Source of the DNA: Dehalococcoidia bacterium
Lineage (GTDB): Bacteria; Chloroflexota; Dehalococcoidia; UBA2979
Assembly: GCA_034420575.1 (NCBI GenBank)
Contig: DAOULE010000210.1
Coordinates: 1 to 53,436, forward strand
Direction of reading: 5' to 3'
DNA: 53,436 nt
A model generated the notes under the pieces. It was not told the origin of the DNA. It saw only the letters and a program-made list of their open reading frames with translations, and did no database searches. The position numbers and the translations under genes were made by a program. This document shows, piece after piece, positions 1 to 8,576 of this stretch. The first letter of the stretch is position 1; each line of letters opens with the position of its first letter.

Positions 1-775
1 TCAGGCGGTGAAGCTGGCGCCGGGCCGACTGCACGACGTGCACGCCCGAGCGTTCGAAGTCGAGGGTCGTCGTGGCGACGTACCAGCCGCGGTTGACCTC
101 GCCCACGACGTTCCCGGCGGGCACCCGGACATCCTCGAAGAAGGTCTCGTTGAACTCGGCGTCGCCGTGCATCTGCACGATCTGCTGCGGGTTGATGCCG
201 GGCGTGCGCATGTCGGCGATGAGGAACGTGATCCCGCGGTGCTTGGGCGCCTCAGGGTCGGTGCGCGTGAGGAGGAAGATCCAGTCCGCGCGGTGCGCGC
301 GAGACGTCCAGATCTTCTGCCCGTTGACGACGAAGTGGTCCCCGTCGCGCTCGGCGCGCGTCACGAGCGAGGCGAGGTCCGAGCCAGCGCCGGGCTCGCT
401 GAAGCCCTGCGCCCAGATCCGCTCGCCGCTGGCGATGTACGGGAGGTGCTCGCGGCGTTGTTCCTCGGTGCCGTGCACCATGAGCGTGGGGCCGATCAGG
501 CTCCCGATCGTGGCGAGCGGCACGCCGTGGATCGCGGTCTCCTCGTTGAAGATCAGCTGCTCGACGTGGCTCGCCTCGCGCCCGCCGTACTCGCGTGGCC
601 ACGCCATCGTGATCCAGCCCTGCTCACCCGCGGCGAGGTTGAGCTCCACGACCTTGCGATGGGTCTCGGCGCCCTCGGCGTCCGCGGCGCTCGGGTCGGC
701 GTCCCAGTGCGCGCCCATGAAGGCGCGCACCTCGTCCCGGAACGCCAGCTCCGCGTCGGTCCAGCCGAAGTCCAC
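1..775 (-). CDS. acyl-CoA dehydrogenase family protein (N-terminal ~258 codons; 3' end runs off the window)
   Basis: Manual minus-strand translation from GTG at 773-775, with SD-like GGGAGGGG just upstream. It reads VDFGWTDAELAFRDEVRAF...WAQGFSEPGAGSDLASL...NGQKIWTSRAH. The frame stays open to the window edge, so it is absent from the ORF track. Confidence 0.85.
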   Translation of the reverse strand, partial: MDFGWTDAELAFRDEVRAFMGAHWDADPSAADAEGAETHRKVVELNLAAGEQGWITMAWPREYGGREASHVEQLIFNEETAIHGVPLATIGSLIGPTLMVHGTEEQRREHLPYIASGERIWAQGFSEPGAGSDLASLVTRAERDGDHFVVNGQKIWTSRAHRADWIFLLTRTDPEAPKHRGITFLIADMRTPGINPQQIVQMHGDAEFNETFFEDVRVPAGNVVGEVNRGWYVATTTLDFERSGVHVVQSARRQLHRL

Positions 776-837
776 GGGTCACCCCTCCCACTCGCGTCCG
801 ATGGTAGCCGCTCCCGGCGTCGAGGGCGGCAGATGCG

Positions 838-865
838 GAGCGGGCGGCCGCAAGGCCGCCCGCTC
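838..865 (-). terminator. stem-loop downstream of SBP paralog 1 (12-bp perfect stem, GCAA loop, no T-tract)
   Basis: GAGCGGGCGGCC-gcaa-GGCCGCCCGCTC lies 24 nt after the stop at 889-891. The same hairpin type recurs after paralogs 2 and 3. Confidence 0.45.
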
Positions 866-888
866 GGTGGTGGGACGAATGCCCGTGG

Positions 889-2796
889 CTACTTGTCGAG
901 CCAGGCCCCCGCAATCTGGTGGCCCCAGTCGTAGTAGTAGCTGTTGGTGGCGTCGGTGCCGCCCCAACGGATGCCACGCAGCCACGGCTGGTAGACGTTG
1001 ATGCTGAAGCCGCTGGGGAGCGGCGGCCAGTACATCACTTCCATGAAGTAGTCCCACATCGTCTTGTGGATCTCGCGCCGGGCGTCCGGGTCGAGCTCCA
1101 CCTGCTGCGCCTCTGCCCACTGGTCGACCTGCGGGTCGCTGAGCCGCCAGCGGTTGCCGGGCGACTCGGAGTGGACCGAGTTGTAGAAGGCGTTGTCGGC
1201 GTCGAAGCCGGCGGTGAGCCAGCCGGTCGTCGTCGCTTCCTCGAGCTTGCCGGGCACCCACGTGGAGTTGAACTCGGTGTAGTCGACGCTGCGCGAGTTG
1301 ATGGTGATCCCCGCCGCGATGAAGTTGGCGATGACGATCTCGGTGTGCTGGTCGTACTGCGGCCCGTAGTTGTACCAGATCGAGTTGAACTCGAGGTCCT
1401 CCGCGCCCGCGGCCTTGAGCAGCTTCTTTGCCTCGTCGACGTCGTAGCGGCCGAACCAGCGGCCGAAGTCGCCGTTCTCGACCTTCGGCTCCTCGTCGAA
1501 GATCCAGGTCCACGGCTGGAGGGCGAGCGTCTTCGAGAGGTCCTCGTAGATCAGCTCCTCCATGAGGTCCGTGTCGAGGGCGAGGCAGATCGCCTGGCGA
1601 ATGCGCTCGTCCTGGAACTTCGGGTTGGAGAGGTTCATCCCGAACGGGATGCCGCCGAAGGTCACCGGGCTGAGGTTGATCTGGACGTCCGGGTTGGTCT
1701 CCAGCAGGTTCCGCAGGTTCGGCAGCGTGCTGCCGGTCGCGTAGCCGTAGTCGATCTGGCCCACGCGGAACGCGGCGGTGCGAGCGGCCACGTCGCGCAT
1801 GACCAGGAACTCGGCGCCGTCCAGGAGCACCTCGCGCTCCCAGTAGTCCGGGTTCTTGTCGAAGGTCATCTTCGCGCCCTGCTCGGCGCTCGTCAGGATC
1901 ATCGCGCCCGTGCCGACGGGGTTGTCGGCGATCGTGCCGTCATCGACGGTCTCACGCGGGAAGATCGTCTGATAGCGGCTGGCGAGCGGGAGGATGAAGT
2001 CCGCCGTGACCGTGTCCATGTTGATCACGTAGGTCGAGTCGTCGGGCGTCTCGGTCGAGCCGATGTTGGCCCAGTAGGAGCGGTGCACGCCCTCGGCCGC
2101 GTAGCGGTCGTGGGCGTACTTGAGGTCGCCGGAGACGAACGGGCGCCCGTTGAGCGGCGGCAGGTTCTGCCAGGTCACGCCCTCCTGCACCTGGAAGGTC
2201 CACGTCGCGCCGTCCGGGGAGCGCTCCCACGAGGCGGCGAGCTCGGGCTTGAGCTCGACCTTGAACGGGTCCTTCTGCACGCCGTCGACCATGCCGAGCA
2301 TCTTGTTGTAGGTCATGTTCGGGACGGTGATCGTGCCGCCCGCGGCCGACAGCGTCGGGTCGAACGTGACCACGTCGAAGGTGACGCCGACGCGCAGAAC
2401 GCCGCCGCTCTTGGGAACCTTGCCCGCGGGCTCCGGGAACTGGTACGGGTACGGCAGGTCCGGATCCTGGACCAGGAGCCCCTCGCCCTGCGCGGGCGCG
2501 TCGTCGCTGTCGTCCGCCGAGTCGTCGGCGGTCGTGGTGGTCGTGCCGGCGCTGGCGCCGCTCTGCGACGTGGTCGTCGTGCCACTCGACTGCGTCGTGG
2601 CGGTCGTGCTCGTGCCGCTCGACTGCGTCGTGGTGCTCGCCGCGTCGTCGTCATCGTCGTCATCGCCGCCGCCGCAGCCGATGAGGGCTGCCGCGGCGAG
2701 GCCCACCCCGCCGAGGAGGCCGCCTCGCAGCATCGTTCGCCGGCTGACCGCCGCCGACCACCAGGTAGTGGTGGTGTCGTCGCTGTGTTCGTTCAT
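889..2796 (-). CDS. ABC transporter substrate-binding lipoprotein, family 5 (peptide/nickel, DppA/OppA-like), Tat-exported; paralog 1
   Basis: ORF 889..2907, with the start trimmed to ATG 2794-2796 (MNEHSDD). It has twin-arginine SRRTMLRGG, lipobox LIGC, a poly-Asp plus Thr/Ser-rich linker, then SBP_bac_5-like motifs (LRVGVTFDV..., ASWERSPDGATWTF, PFVSGDLKYAHDR). Confidence 0.9.
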   Translation of the reverse strand: MNEHSDDTTTTWWSAAVSRRTMLRGGLLGGVGLAAAALIGCGGGDDDDDDDAASTTTQSSGTSTTATTQSSGTTTTSQSGASAGTTTTTADDSADDSDDAPAQGEGLLVQDPDLPYPYQFPEPAGKVPKSGGVLRVGVTFDVVTFDPTLSAAGGTITVPNMTYNKMLGMVDGVQKDPFKVELKPELAASWERSPDGATWTFQVQEGVTWQNLPPLNGRPFVSGDLKYAHDRYAAEGVHRSYWANIGSTETPDDSTYVINMDTVTADFILPLASRYQTIFPRETVDDGTIADNPVGTGAMILTSAEQGAKMTFDKNPDYWEREVLLDGAEFLVMRDVAARTAAFRVGQIDYGYATGSTLPNLRNLLETNPDVQINLSPVTFGGIPFGMNLSNPKFQDERIRQAICLALDTDLMEELIYEDLSKTLALQPWTWIFDEEPKVENGDFGRWFGRYDVDEAKKLLKAAGAEDLEFNSIWYNYGPQYDQHTEIVIANFIAAGITINSRSVDYTEFNSTWVPGKLEEATTTGWLTAGFDADNAFYNSVHSESPGNRWRLSDPQVDQWAEAQQVELDPDARREIHKTMWDYFMEVMYWPPLPSGFSINVYQPWLRGIRWGGTDATNSYYYDWGHQIAGAWLDK

Positions 2797-2820
2797 GAGT
2801 GCACCCCCGCGGAGTTGCGC

Positions 2821-2834
2821 TATAACGCGCGTTG
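2821..2834 (-). promoter_or_regulatory. conserved TATAACGCGCGTTG element (contains palindrome AACGCGCGTT) in the 5' leader of SBP paralog 1
   Basis: The identical 14-mer recurs at 4869-4882 upstream of paralog 2, inside a ~120-nt duplicated intergenic module. Confidence 0.4.
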
Positions 2835-2893
2835 TTAACCCGGAATCATAGCGGTCGGCGTCAAGCACCGGCGGGCGCGCCCGTACACACAGA

Positions 2894-2917
2894 GCGGGCG
2901 GCCTCAAGGCCGCCCGC
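2894..2917 (-). terminator. stem-loop downstream of SBP paralog 2 (10-bp stem, TCAA loop)
   Basis: GCGGGCGGCC-tcaa-GGCCGCCCGC lies 24 nt after the stop at 2941-2943. Confidence 0.45.
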
Positions 2918-2940
2918 CTGCTGATCGCCGCGAGGACTGA

Positions 2941-4839
2941 CTACTTGTCGAGCCAGGCCCCCGCAATCTGGTGGCCCCAGTCGTAGTAGTAGCTGTTGGT
3001 GGCGTCGGTGCCGCCCCAACGGATACCGCGCAGCCACGGCTGGTAGACGTTGATGCTGATGCCCGAGGGCATCGGAGGCCAGTACATCTTCTCCAGGAAG
3101 TAATCCATCATCGTGCGATGGATCTCCTTCCGGGCGTCCGGGTCGAGCTCGACCTGCTGCTCCTCCGCCCAGGCGTCGACCGTCGGGTCGTTGAGCCGCC
3201 AGCGGTTGCCCGGTGAGGCCGAGTGGACCGAGTTGTAGAAGGCGTTGTCGGCGTCGAAGCCGGCGGTGAGCCAGCCAGTCGTCGTCGCTTCCTCCAGCTT
3301 GGCCGGAACCCACGTCGAGTTGAACTCGGTGTAGTCGACGCTCTGTGAGTTCATCTCCACGCCGACCGCGAGCAACTGCGCAAGGATGATCTCGGTGCGC
3401 TGGTTGTGGTCGGAGCCGTAGTTGTACCAGATCGAGTCGAACTTGAGGCCATCGGCGCCGGCCGCCTTGAGCAGCTTGATCGCCTCGTCCGGGTCGTAGC
3501 GGCCGAACCACGGCCCGAGCTGGCCGGACTCGACCGTCGGCTCCTCGTCCCAGACCCAGGTCCACGGCTGGAGGGGGAGGGTCTTCGAGAGGTTCTCGTA
3601 GATCAGCTCCTCCATCAGGTCCGTGTCGAAGGCGAGGGTGAACGCCTGGCGAATGCGGTCGTCAGCGAACTTCGGGTTCGAGAGGTTCATCCCGAACGGG
3701 ATGCCGCCGAACGTCACCGGGCTCAGGTTGATCTGCACGTCCGGGTTCGTCTCGAGCAGGTTCTTGAGGTTCGGAAGCGTGTTGCCCGTCGAGTACGCGA
3801 AGTCGATCTGGCCGACCCGGAAGGCGGCCAGCCGCGCCGGGGCGTCGCGCTGCACCAGGAACTGGGCGCCGTCCAGCAAGACCTCGCGCTCCCAGTAGTC
3901 CGGGTTCTTGACGAAGCTCATGTGCGAGCCCTGCTCGGCCTCGGTGAGGATCATCGCCCCGGTGCCGACCGGGTTGTCCGCGATGGTCCCGTCGTCGACG
4001 GTCTCGCGCGGGAAGACGGTCTGGTAGCGACTGGCCAGCGGCAGGATGAAGTCCGCCGTGACCGTGCCCATGTTGATCTTGTAGGTCTTGTCGTCCGGCG
4101 TCTCGGTGGAGGCGATGTTGGCCCAGTAGGAGCGATGCACCCCGTCGGCCGCGTAGCGGTCATGGGCGTACTTCAGGTCACCGGAGACGAACGGTCGACC
4201 GTTGAGCGGCGGCAGGTTCTGCCAGGTGATGCCCTCCTGCACCTCGAACGTCCAGGTCGCGCCGTCCGGCGAGCGCTCCCACGAGGCGGCCAGCTCCGGC
4301 TTGAGTTCGACCTTGAACGGGTCCTTCTGGATGCCGTCCACCATGCCGAGCATCTTGTTGTAGGTCATGTTCGGGACGGTGATCGTCCCGCCCGCGGCCG
4401 ACAGCGTCGGGTCGAACGTCACCACGTCGAAGGTGACGCCGACACGCAGGGTGCCGCCCTTCTTGGGGACGGCGCCCGCGGGCTCCGGGAACTGGTACGG
4501 GTACGGCAGGTCCGGATCCTGGACCAGCAGCCCCTCGCCCTCTTCGGCGGTCGCGGTGGTGGTGGTCGTGCCGGTGCCGGAGCCGCTCGTGGACGTCGTG
4601 CCACTCGTGGTGGTGCCCGACGTGCTGGAGCCACTCGTCTGCGTCGTGCTCGTGGTGGTCGTGCCGCCGGTCTGGGTCGTGGTCGCGGCCTCGTCGTCAT
4701 CGTCGTCATCGCCGCCGCAGCCGATGAGGGCTGCCGCGGCAAGGCCCACTCCGCCGAGGAGGCCGCCTCGCAGTAGCGTCCGTCGGCTGACAGCCGACGA
4801 CCACCACCTGGTCGTGGTTTCGTCGTTGTGGTCGTTCAT
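2941..4839 (-). CDS. ABC transporter substrate-binding lipoprotein, family 5, Tat-exported; paralog 2
   Basis: 632-aa ORF starting MNDHNDETTTRWWSSAVSRRTLLRGG...LIGCGGDDDDDDE plus a Thr/Ser/Gly-rich linker. It is collinear with and highly similar to paralog 1. The last 84 nt are identical and the C-terminus ...IRWGGTDATNSYYYDWGHQIAGAWLDK is identical. Confidence 0.9.
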   Translation of the reverse strand: MNDHNDETTTRWWSSAVSRRTLLRGGLLGGVGLAAAALIGCGGDDDDDDEAATTTQTGGTTTTSTTQTSGSSTSGTTTSGTTSTSGSGTGTTTTTATAEEGEGLLVQDPDLPYPYQFPEPAGAVPKKGGTLRVGVTFDVVTFDPTLSAAGGTITVPNMTYNKMLGMVDGIQKDPFKVELKPELAASWERSPDGATWTFEVQEGITWQNLPPLNGRPFVSGDLKYAHDRYAADGVHRSYWANIASTETPDDKTYKINMGTVTADFILPLASRYQTVFPRETVDDGTIADNPVGTGAMILTEAEQGSHMSFVKNPDYWEREVLLDGAQFLVQRDAPARLAAFRVGQIDFAYSTGNTLPNLKNLLETNPDVQINLSPVTFGGIPFGMNLSNPKFADDRIRQAFTLAFDTDLMEELIYENLSKTLPLQPWTWVWDEEPTVESGQLGPWFGRYDPDEAIKLLKAAGADGLKFDSIWYNYGSDHNQRTEIILAQLLAVGVEMNSQSVDYTEFNSTWVPAKLEEATTTGWLTAGFDADNAFYNSVHSASPGNRWRLNDPTVDAWAEEQQVELDPDARKEIHRTMMDYFLEKMYWPPMPSGISINVYQPWLRGIRWGGTDATNSYYYDWGHQIAGAWLDK

Positions 4840-4863
4840 CAGTGCACCCCCCGGGGAGCTGCG

Positions 4864-4882
4864 CGCGTTATAACGCGCGTTG
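4864..4882 (-). promoter_or_regulatory. overlapping palindromes CGCGTTATAACGCG / AACGCGCGTT in the 5' leader of SBP paralog 2
   Basis: Perfect 14-bp palindrome at 4864-4877 overlaps the 10-bp palindrome at 4872-4881. It shares TATAACGCGCGTTG with 2821-2834. Confidence 0.4.
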
Positions 4883-4941
4883 GTAGAGCCGCATCATAGC
4901 GATTCCGGTCAAGCACCCCCGGGGGCGTGGCCGCGGACGCA

Positions 4942-4969
4942 GAGCGGGCGGCCAGCTGGCCGCCCGCTC
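4942..4969 (-). terminator. stem-loop downstream of SBP paralog 3 (12-bp stem, AGCT loop)
   Basis: GAGCGGGCGGCC-agct-GGCCGCCCGCTC lies 23 nt after the stop at 4992-4994. Confidence 0.45.
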
Positions 4970-4991
4970 GTTGGTTGCCCGTACGGCGTGA

Positions 4992-6818
4992 CTACTTGTC
5001 GAGCCAGGCCCCGGCGACCTGGTCGCCCCAGTCGTAGTAGTACGAGCTGCTGGTGTTCGGGCCGCCGAAGCGGAACCCGCGCAGCCAGGGCTGGTACACG
5101 ACGATCTGGATACCGCTCGCGAGCGGCGGCCAGAACATCTGGTCCAGGAAGTAGTCCCACATCTCGCGCACGATCTCCTTGCGCGCGGCCGGGTCGAGTT
5201 CCACCTGCTGGGCCTTCGCCAGCTCGTCCACGTGGGGGTCGTTCAGGTTCCAGCGGTTCCCGGGCGACTCGGAGAACACGGAGTTGTAGAAGTAGTTGTC
5301 CGTGTCGAAGCCGGCCGTCTGCCACGCCGAGGTGCTCGCCTCTTCGAGCTTGCGCGGGATCCACGTCGAGTTGAACTCGGTGTAGTCGACCGAGTTCGGG
5401 CTCATCTCGATCCCCACGTCGGCGAAGTTGCTGAGCAGGATCTCGGTGTGCTGGGTGATGTACGCACCGTAGATGTAGTACATCGACTCGAAGCTGAGGT
5501 TCTCGACGCCGGCGGCGGCGAGGAGCTTGCGCGCCTCCTCCGGGTCGTACCGCGGGTTCCACTCGCCGAGCAGGCCGTTCTCGGCCGACGGCTCCTCGTC
5601 CACGGCGTAGATCCACGGCTGGAGCGTGAGCGACTTCGCGAAGTCGTCGTAGATGACGCTGCGGATCAGGCTGGTGTCGATCGCCAGCGTCATCGCGCGC
5701 CGCACGCGCACATCCTGGAACTTCGGGTTGGAGAGGTTCATCCCGAACGTCCAGCTGGAGGTGGCCGGCACCAGGTTGACCTGCACGTCCGGGTTGGTCT
5801 GCAGCAGCTCCTCGAGCAGCGACTTGGTGTTGCCGAGCGTGTAGCCGTAGTCGATCTGGCCCACGCGGAACGCCGCCAGGCGCGCCGATGCGTCACGCTG
5901 GACCAGGAACTCGGCGCCGTCGAGCAGCACGTCGCGCTCCCAGTAGTCCGGGTTCTTCACGAAGTTCATGTGCGAACCCTGCGCGACCTCCGTGAGGATC
6001 ATCGGGCCGGTACCCACCGCGGTCTGCTCGATCGAGCCGTCCTCGACGGTCTCGCGCGGGAAGATGGTCTGGTAGCGGCTGGCCAGCGGGAGGATGAAGT
6101 CCGCCGTGACCGTGCCCATGTTGATCTTGTAGGTGGCGTCGTCGGGCGCCTCGGTGGAGCTGATGTTGGCCCAGTACGACTTGTGCGCGCCCTCCGCGGC
6201 GTAGCGGTCGTGAGCGTACTTCGCGTCACCGGACACGAACTTCCGGCCGTTCAGCGGCGCGATGTTCTGCCAGTTCACGTCGTCGCGGATCTGGAACGTG
6301 AACGTCGTGCCGTCCGGCGTGCGCTCCCACGACGAGGCAAGCTCGCCCTCGAGCTCGAGGTTGAACGGGTCGAAGCTCGGGCCGCCGACGAAGCCGAGCA
6401 GGCGGTTGTAGGTCATGTTCGGCACGGTGATGGTGCCGCCCGCCGAGGAGACGGTCGGGTCGAAGTTGGCGACGTCGAACGTCACGCCGACCTTGAGGGT
6501 GCCGCCCGGCTTCGGCGTCGTGGCCGGCTCCGGGAACTGGTACGGGTACGGCAGGTTCGGGTCCTGGACCAGCATGCCCTCGCCCTGCGCGGGCGTCGCG
6601 GCCGGCTGCGCGGCTGCGGGCGTGCTCGTCGCCGCTGCGCCGCCGCCGGACGGGGTGGCAGCGGGGGTCCCTTCGTCGTCGTCATCGTCGTCGCCGCCAC
6701 CGCAGCCGATCAGGGCTGCCGCGGCGAGGCCGACCCCGCCCAGCATGCCGCCTCGCAGCAGTGCGCGGCGGTTGAGGCCTGACTCCCACCAGCGGGAGTC
6801 GCGTTCCTGGTCACTCAT
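4992..6818 (-). CDS. ABC transporter substrate-binding lipoprotein, family 5, Tat-exported; paralog 3 (more divergent)
   Basis: ORF 4992..6836. The ATG at 6816-6818 (MSDQERDSRWW) is preferred because GGAGGA lies 7 nt upstream. It has NRRALLRGG, LIGCGGGDDDDDDE, a Pro/Ala-rich linker, and the same domain architecture. Confidence 0.9.
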   Translation of the reverse strand: MSDQERDSRWWESGLNRRALLRGGMLGGVGLAAAALIGCGGGDDDDDDEGTPAATPSGGGAAATSTPAAAQPAATPAQGEGMLVQDPNLPYPYQFPEPATTPKPGGTLKVGVTFDVANFDPTVSSAGGTITVPNMTYNRLLGFVGGPSFDPFNLELEGELASSWERTPDGTTFTFQIRDDVNWQNIAPLNGRKFVSGDAKYAHDRYAAEGAHKSYWANISSTEAPDDATYKINMGTVTADFILPLASRYQTIFPRETVEDGSIEQTAVGTGPMILTEVAQGSHMNFVKNPDYWERDVLLDGAEFLVQRDASARLAAFRVGQIDYGYTLGNTKSLLEELLQTNPDVQVNLVPATSSWTFGMNLSNPKFQDVRVRRAMTLAIDTSLIRSVIYDDFAKSLTLQPWIYAVDEEPSAENGLLGEWNPRYDPEEARKLLAAAGVENLSFESMYYIYGAYITQHTEILLSNFADVGIEMSPNSVDYTEFNSTWIPRKLEEASTSAWQTAGFDTDNYFYNSVFSESPGNRWNLNDPHVDELAKAQQVELDPAARKEIVREMWDYFLDQMFWPPLASGIQIVVYQPWLRGFRFGGPNTSSSYYYDWGDQVAGAWLDK

Positions 6819-6936
6819 ACGTGGTCCTCCATCCATGCCACGGCGCCTCCGCGCCGTGCGGCACGAGGCGCAATCGTATCCGCACCTCGTTTCAGGAGCT
6901 ACGAAAACGGCCGGACTTTGGATGCATCCAGGGCGG

Positions 6937-7395
6937 CTAGATTATGGCTGTAATAATCAGCACACATGCGGCGAGAATAAGCACCACCGACGCGCCGAAC
7001 CCCCACGCCGCCGCTGCCCAGTACCACGGCGTGGCCAGCAGCCCGATCCCGCGGCGTCGCATCGCCATGCGCATCGAGCGGAAGAAGAAGCCCGGGGGCC
7101 CCTCGACTCTCTCTCCGGCAGCGTTGCGGTCGGCGAGCTCGGCGAGCATGAGCGCGGCGCGCCACAGCGACCACTGGAAGTGCAGCAGCAGGAGGCCGGG
7201 CGCCGCGAGCACCAGCGCCCCGACCGCCGCGATCGCGACGTTCATGGGGCCGGCGAGCGCCGCGGAACCCAGCACCAGCCACCACACCAGCGCGCCGGCC
7301 GCGAGCGAGCCGACCCCGAGCATGCGGAGGCCCAGGATCCCCTTCACAGCCGCGCGCGCCGCCGGCCTGAGGTCCAGTCGAGGTGCTTCGTGCAT
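6937..7395 (-). CDS. hypothetical integral membrane protein
   Basis: ORF 6937..7443, trimmed to the ATG at 7393-7395 (MHEAPRL). It has several hydrophobic segments (LGVGSLAAGALVWWLVLGSAALAG, AIAAVGALVLAAPGLLLL, GFGASVVLILAACVLIITAII) and high GC3. I recognise no family. Confidence 0.55.
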   Translation of the reverse strand: MHEAPRLDLRPAARAAVKGILGLRMLGVGSLAAGALVWWLVLGSAALAGPMNVAIAAVGALVLAAPGLLLLHFQWSLWRAALMLAELADRNAAGERVEGPPGFFFRSMRMAMRRRGIGLLATPWYWAAAAWGFGASVVLILAACVLIITAII

Positions 7396-7595
7396 GGCGT
7401 GCGCTCCGGGCGGTGGTGGGTGCGCTGCACATGATACGGCCAAGCCCGGTGAATCGCCGCGCGGGGCGCCACGAGGTGCACGGGAGGCGTCGATCCCGGG
7501 GAGATGCGCGAGGGCGAATGCGCTAGGCTGTCCCTCGCCGCCGCACGGGGAGGGCTACCGTCACCACTCGACTGCGCCGTCAACCCATCGTCCGC

Positions 7596-8558
7596 GTGAG
7601 CGGGCTGAGCGCCGCCTACCAGGGCGAGGACGAGCTCGTCCAGGCCGTCCGCGACGTGAGCTTCGATCTGTTCCCCGGCGAGACCCTGGCGCTGGTGGGC
7701 GAGTCCGGCTCCGGTAAGTCCTCGATCGCCCTCGCACTGCTCGGGCTGCTGCCATCGAACGCAACGGTCGACGCCGGGCGAGTGGAGTACGGCGGGGAGC
7801 CCGTGCCGTTCGAGGACGAGGAGGCGCTGCGCGAGATCCGCGGGGCCGAGATCGCGATGATCTTCCAGGATCCGCAGTCCGCGCTCACCCCCACGCTGCG
7901 CATCGGCGAGCAGGTGGCCGAGGTGTTCACCGCGCACGGGATGGACCGCGGCGAGGCGTACGAGCTGGGTATCGAGGTGCTCGGGCGCTTCCTGCCGAGG
8001 CCGCAGGACGTCGCCCAGCAGTTCTCGCACCAGCTCTCCGGCGGCATGGCGCAGCGCGTCATGATCGCGATGGCCACGGCGCTCCAGCCGCGCGTGATCA
8101 TCGCCGACGAGCCTACGGCCTCGCTGGACGCCGCGATCCGCGACACGACCCTCACGTTCCTGGAGGACCTGCGCGACAACCGCGACGTCGCCGTGCTGCT
8201 GATCACGCACGACTTCGGCGTGGTCGCCCGCCTCGCGGACCGCGTCGCCGTGGTCTACGCGGGCGAGGTCGTCGAGGCGACCGATGTGCGGACCATCTTC
8301 CGCACGCCGAAGCACCCGTACACGTTCGGGCTGCTGTCGAGCCTGCCCGGCCTGCACCGCCGCGAGCACCGGCTGCAGCCGATGCGCGGGCAGCCGCCCG
8401 ACCTCGCCAACCTGCCCGAGGAGTGCCCGTTCCTGGAGCGCTGCCCGAAGGCGACCGCGCAGTGCCGGACGGAGCCGGCGCCGCGCCTGTCGAGCGTGGA
8501 GCCGGGGCACCTCGTGGCGTGCTTCAACCCCATGGCGGCGCCGCTCCGCGACGACTGA
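7596..8558 (+). CDS. oligopeptide/dipeptide ABC transporter ATP-binding protein (DppD/OppD-like)
   Basis: Walker A GESGSGKSS, signature LSGGMAQRV, Walker B IIADEPT. The C-terminal oligopeptide-type extension reads HPYTFGLLSSLP...CPFLERCPKATAQC. The start is uncertain: the frame is open from 7527, and GTG 7596 is the first canonical start. Confidence 0.9.
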   Translation: MSGLSAAYQGEDELVQAVRDVSFDLFPGETLALVGESGSGKSSIALALLGLLPSNATVDAGRVEYGGEPVPFEDEEALREIRGAEIAMIFQDPQSALTPTLRIGEQVAEVFTAHGMDRGEAYELGIEVLGRFLPRPQDVAQQFSHQLSGGMAQRVMIAMATALQPRVIIADEPTASLDAAIRDTTLTFLEDLRDNRDVAVLLITHDFGVVARLADRVAVVYAGEVVEATDVRTIFRTPKHPYTFGLLSSLPGLHRREHRLQPMRGQPPDLANLPEECPFLERCPKATAQCRTEPAPRLSSVEPGHLVACFNPMAAPLRDD

Positions 8559-8576
8559 ACCGGCCGTCCGTTTCCC

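Noticed and set aside
8-1001. Plus-strand ORFs 8..934 and 72..1001 at the window start.
   Set aside because: These are shadow frames of the minus-strand acyl-CoA dehydrogenase, whose frame runs off the edge and is therefore missing from the track. Their translations are low-complexity.
2846-2875. TTGAC(G/C) followed by GCTATGAT upstream of SBP paralogs 1 and 2 (also at 4895-4915), considered as a -35/-10 promoter pair.
   Set aside because: The two hexamers are only 8 nt apart, incompatible with a 16-18 nt sigma-70 spacer. I keep them only as conserved blocks of the duplicated module, not as a called promoter.
919-6782. Very long plus-strand ORFs (919..2838 at 639 aa, 3406..4776 at 456 aa, 5232..6782 at 516 aa) and many shorter ones overlapping the three SBP genes.
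   Set aside because: They are antisense shadow ORFs, typical of ~70% GC DNA. Their translations are Arg/Ala/Gly/Val/Pro-rich low-complexity strings with no motifs. The minus-strand frames encode coherent, mutually homologous binding proteins.
6919-6930. Perfect 12-bp palindrome TGGATGCATCCA, 7 nt after the stop of the 6937-7395 gene and about 100 nt upstream of SBP paralog 3.
   Set aside because: It is a single isolated palindrome with no second copy in the window and no adjacent regulator. It could be a weak terminator stem or chance, so I mention it only in the SBP-module finding.
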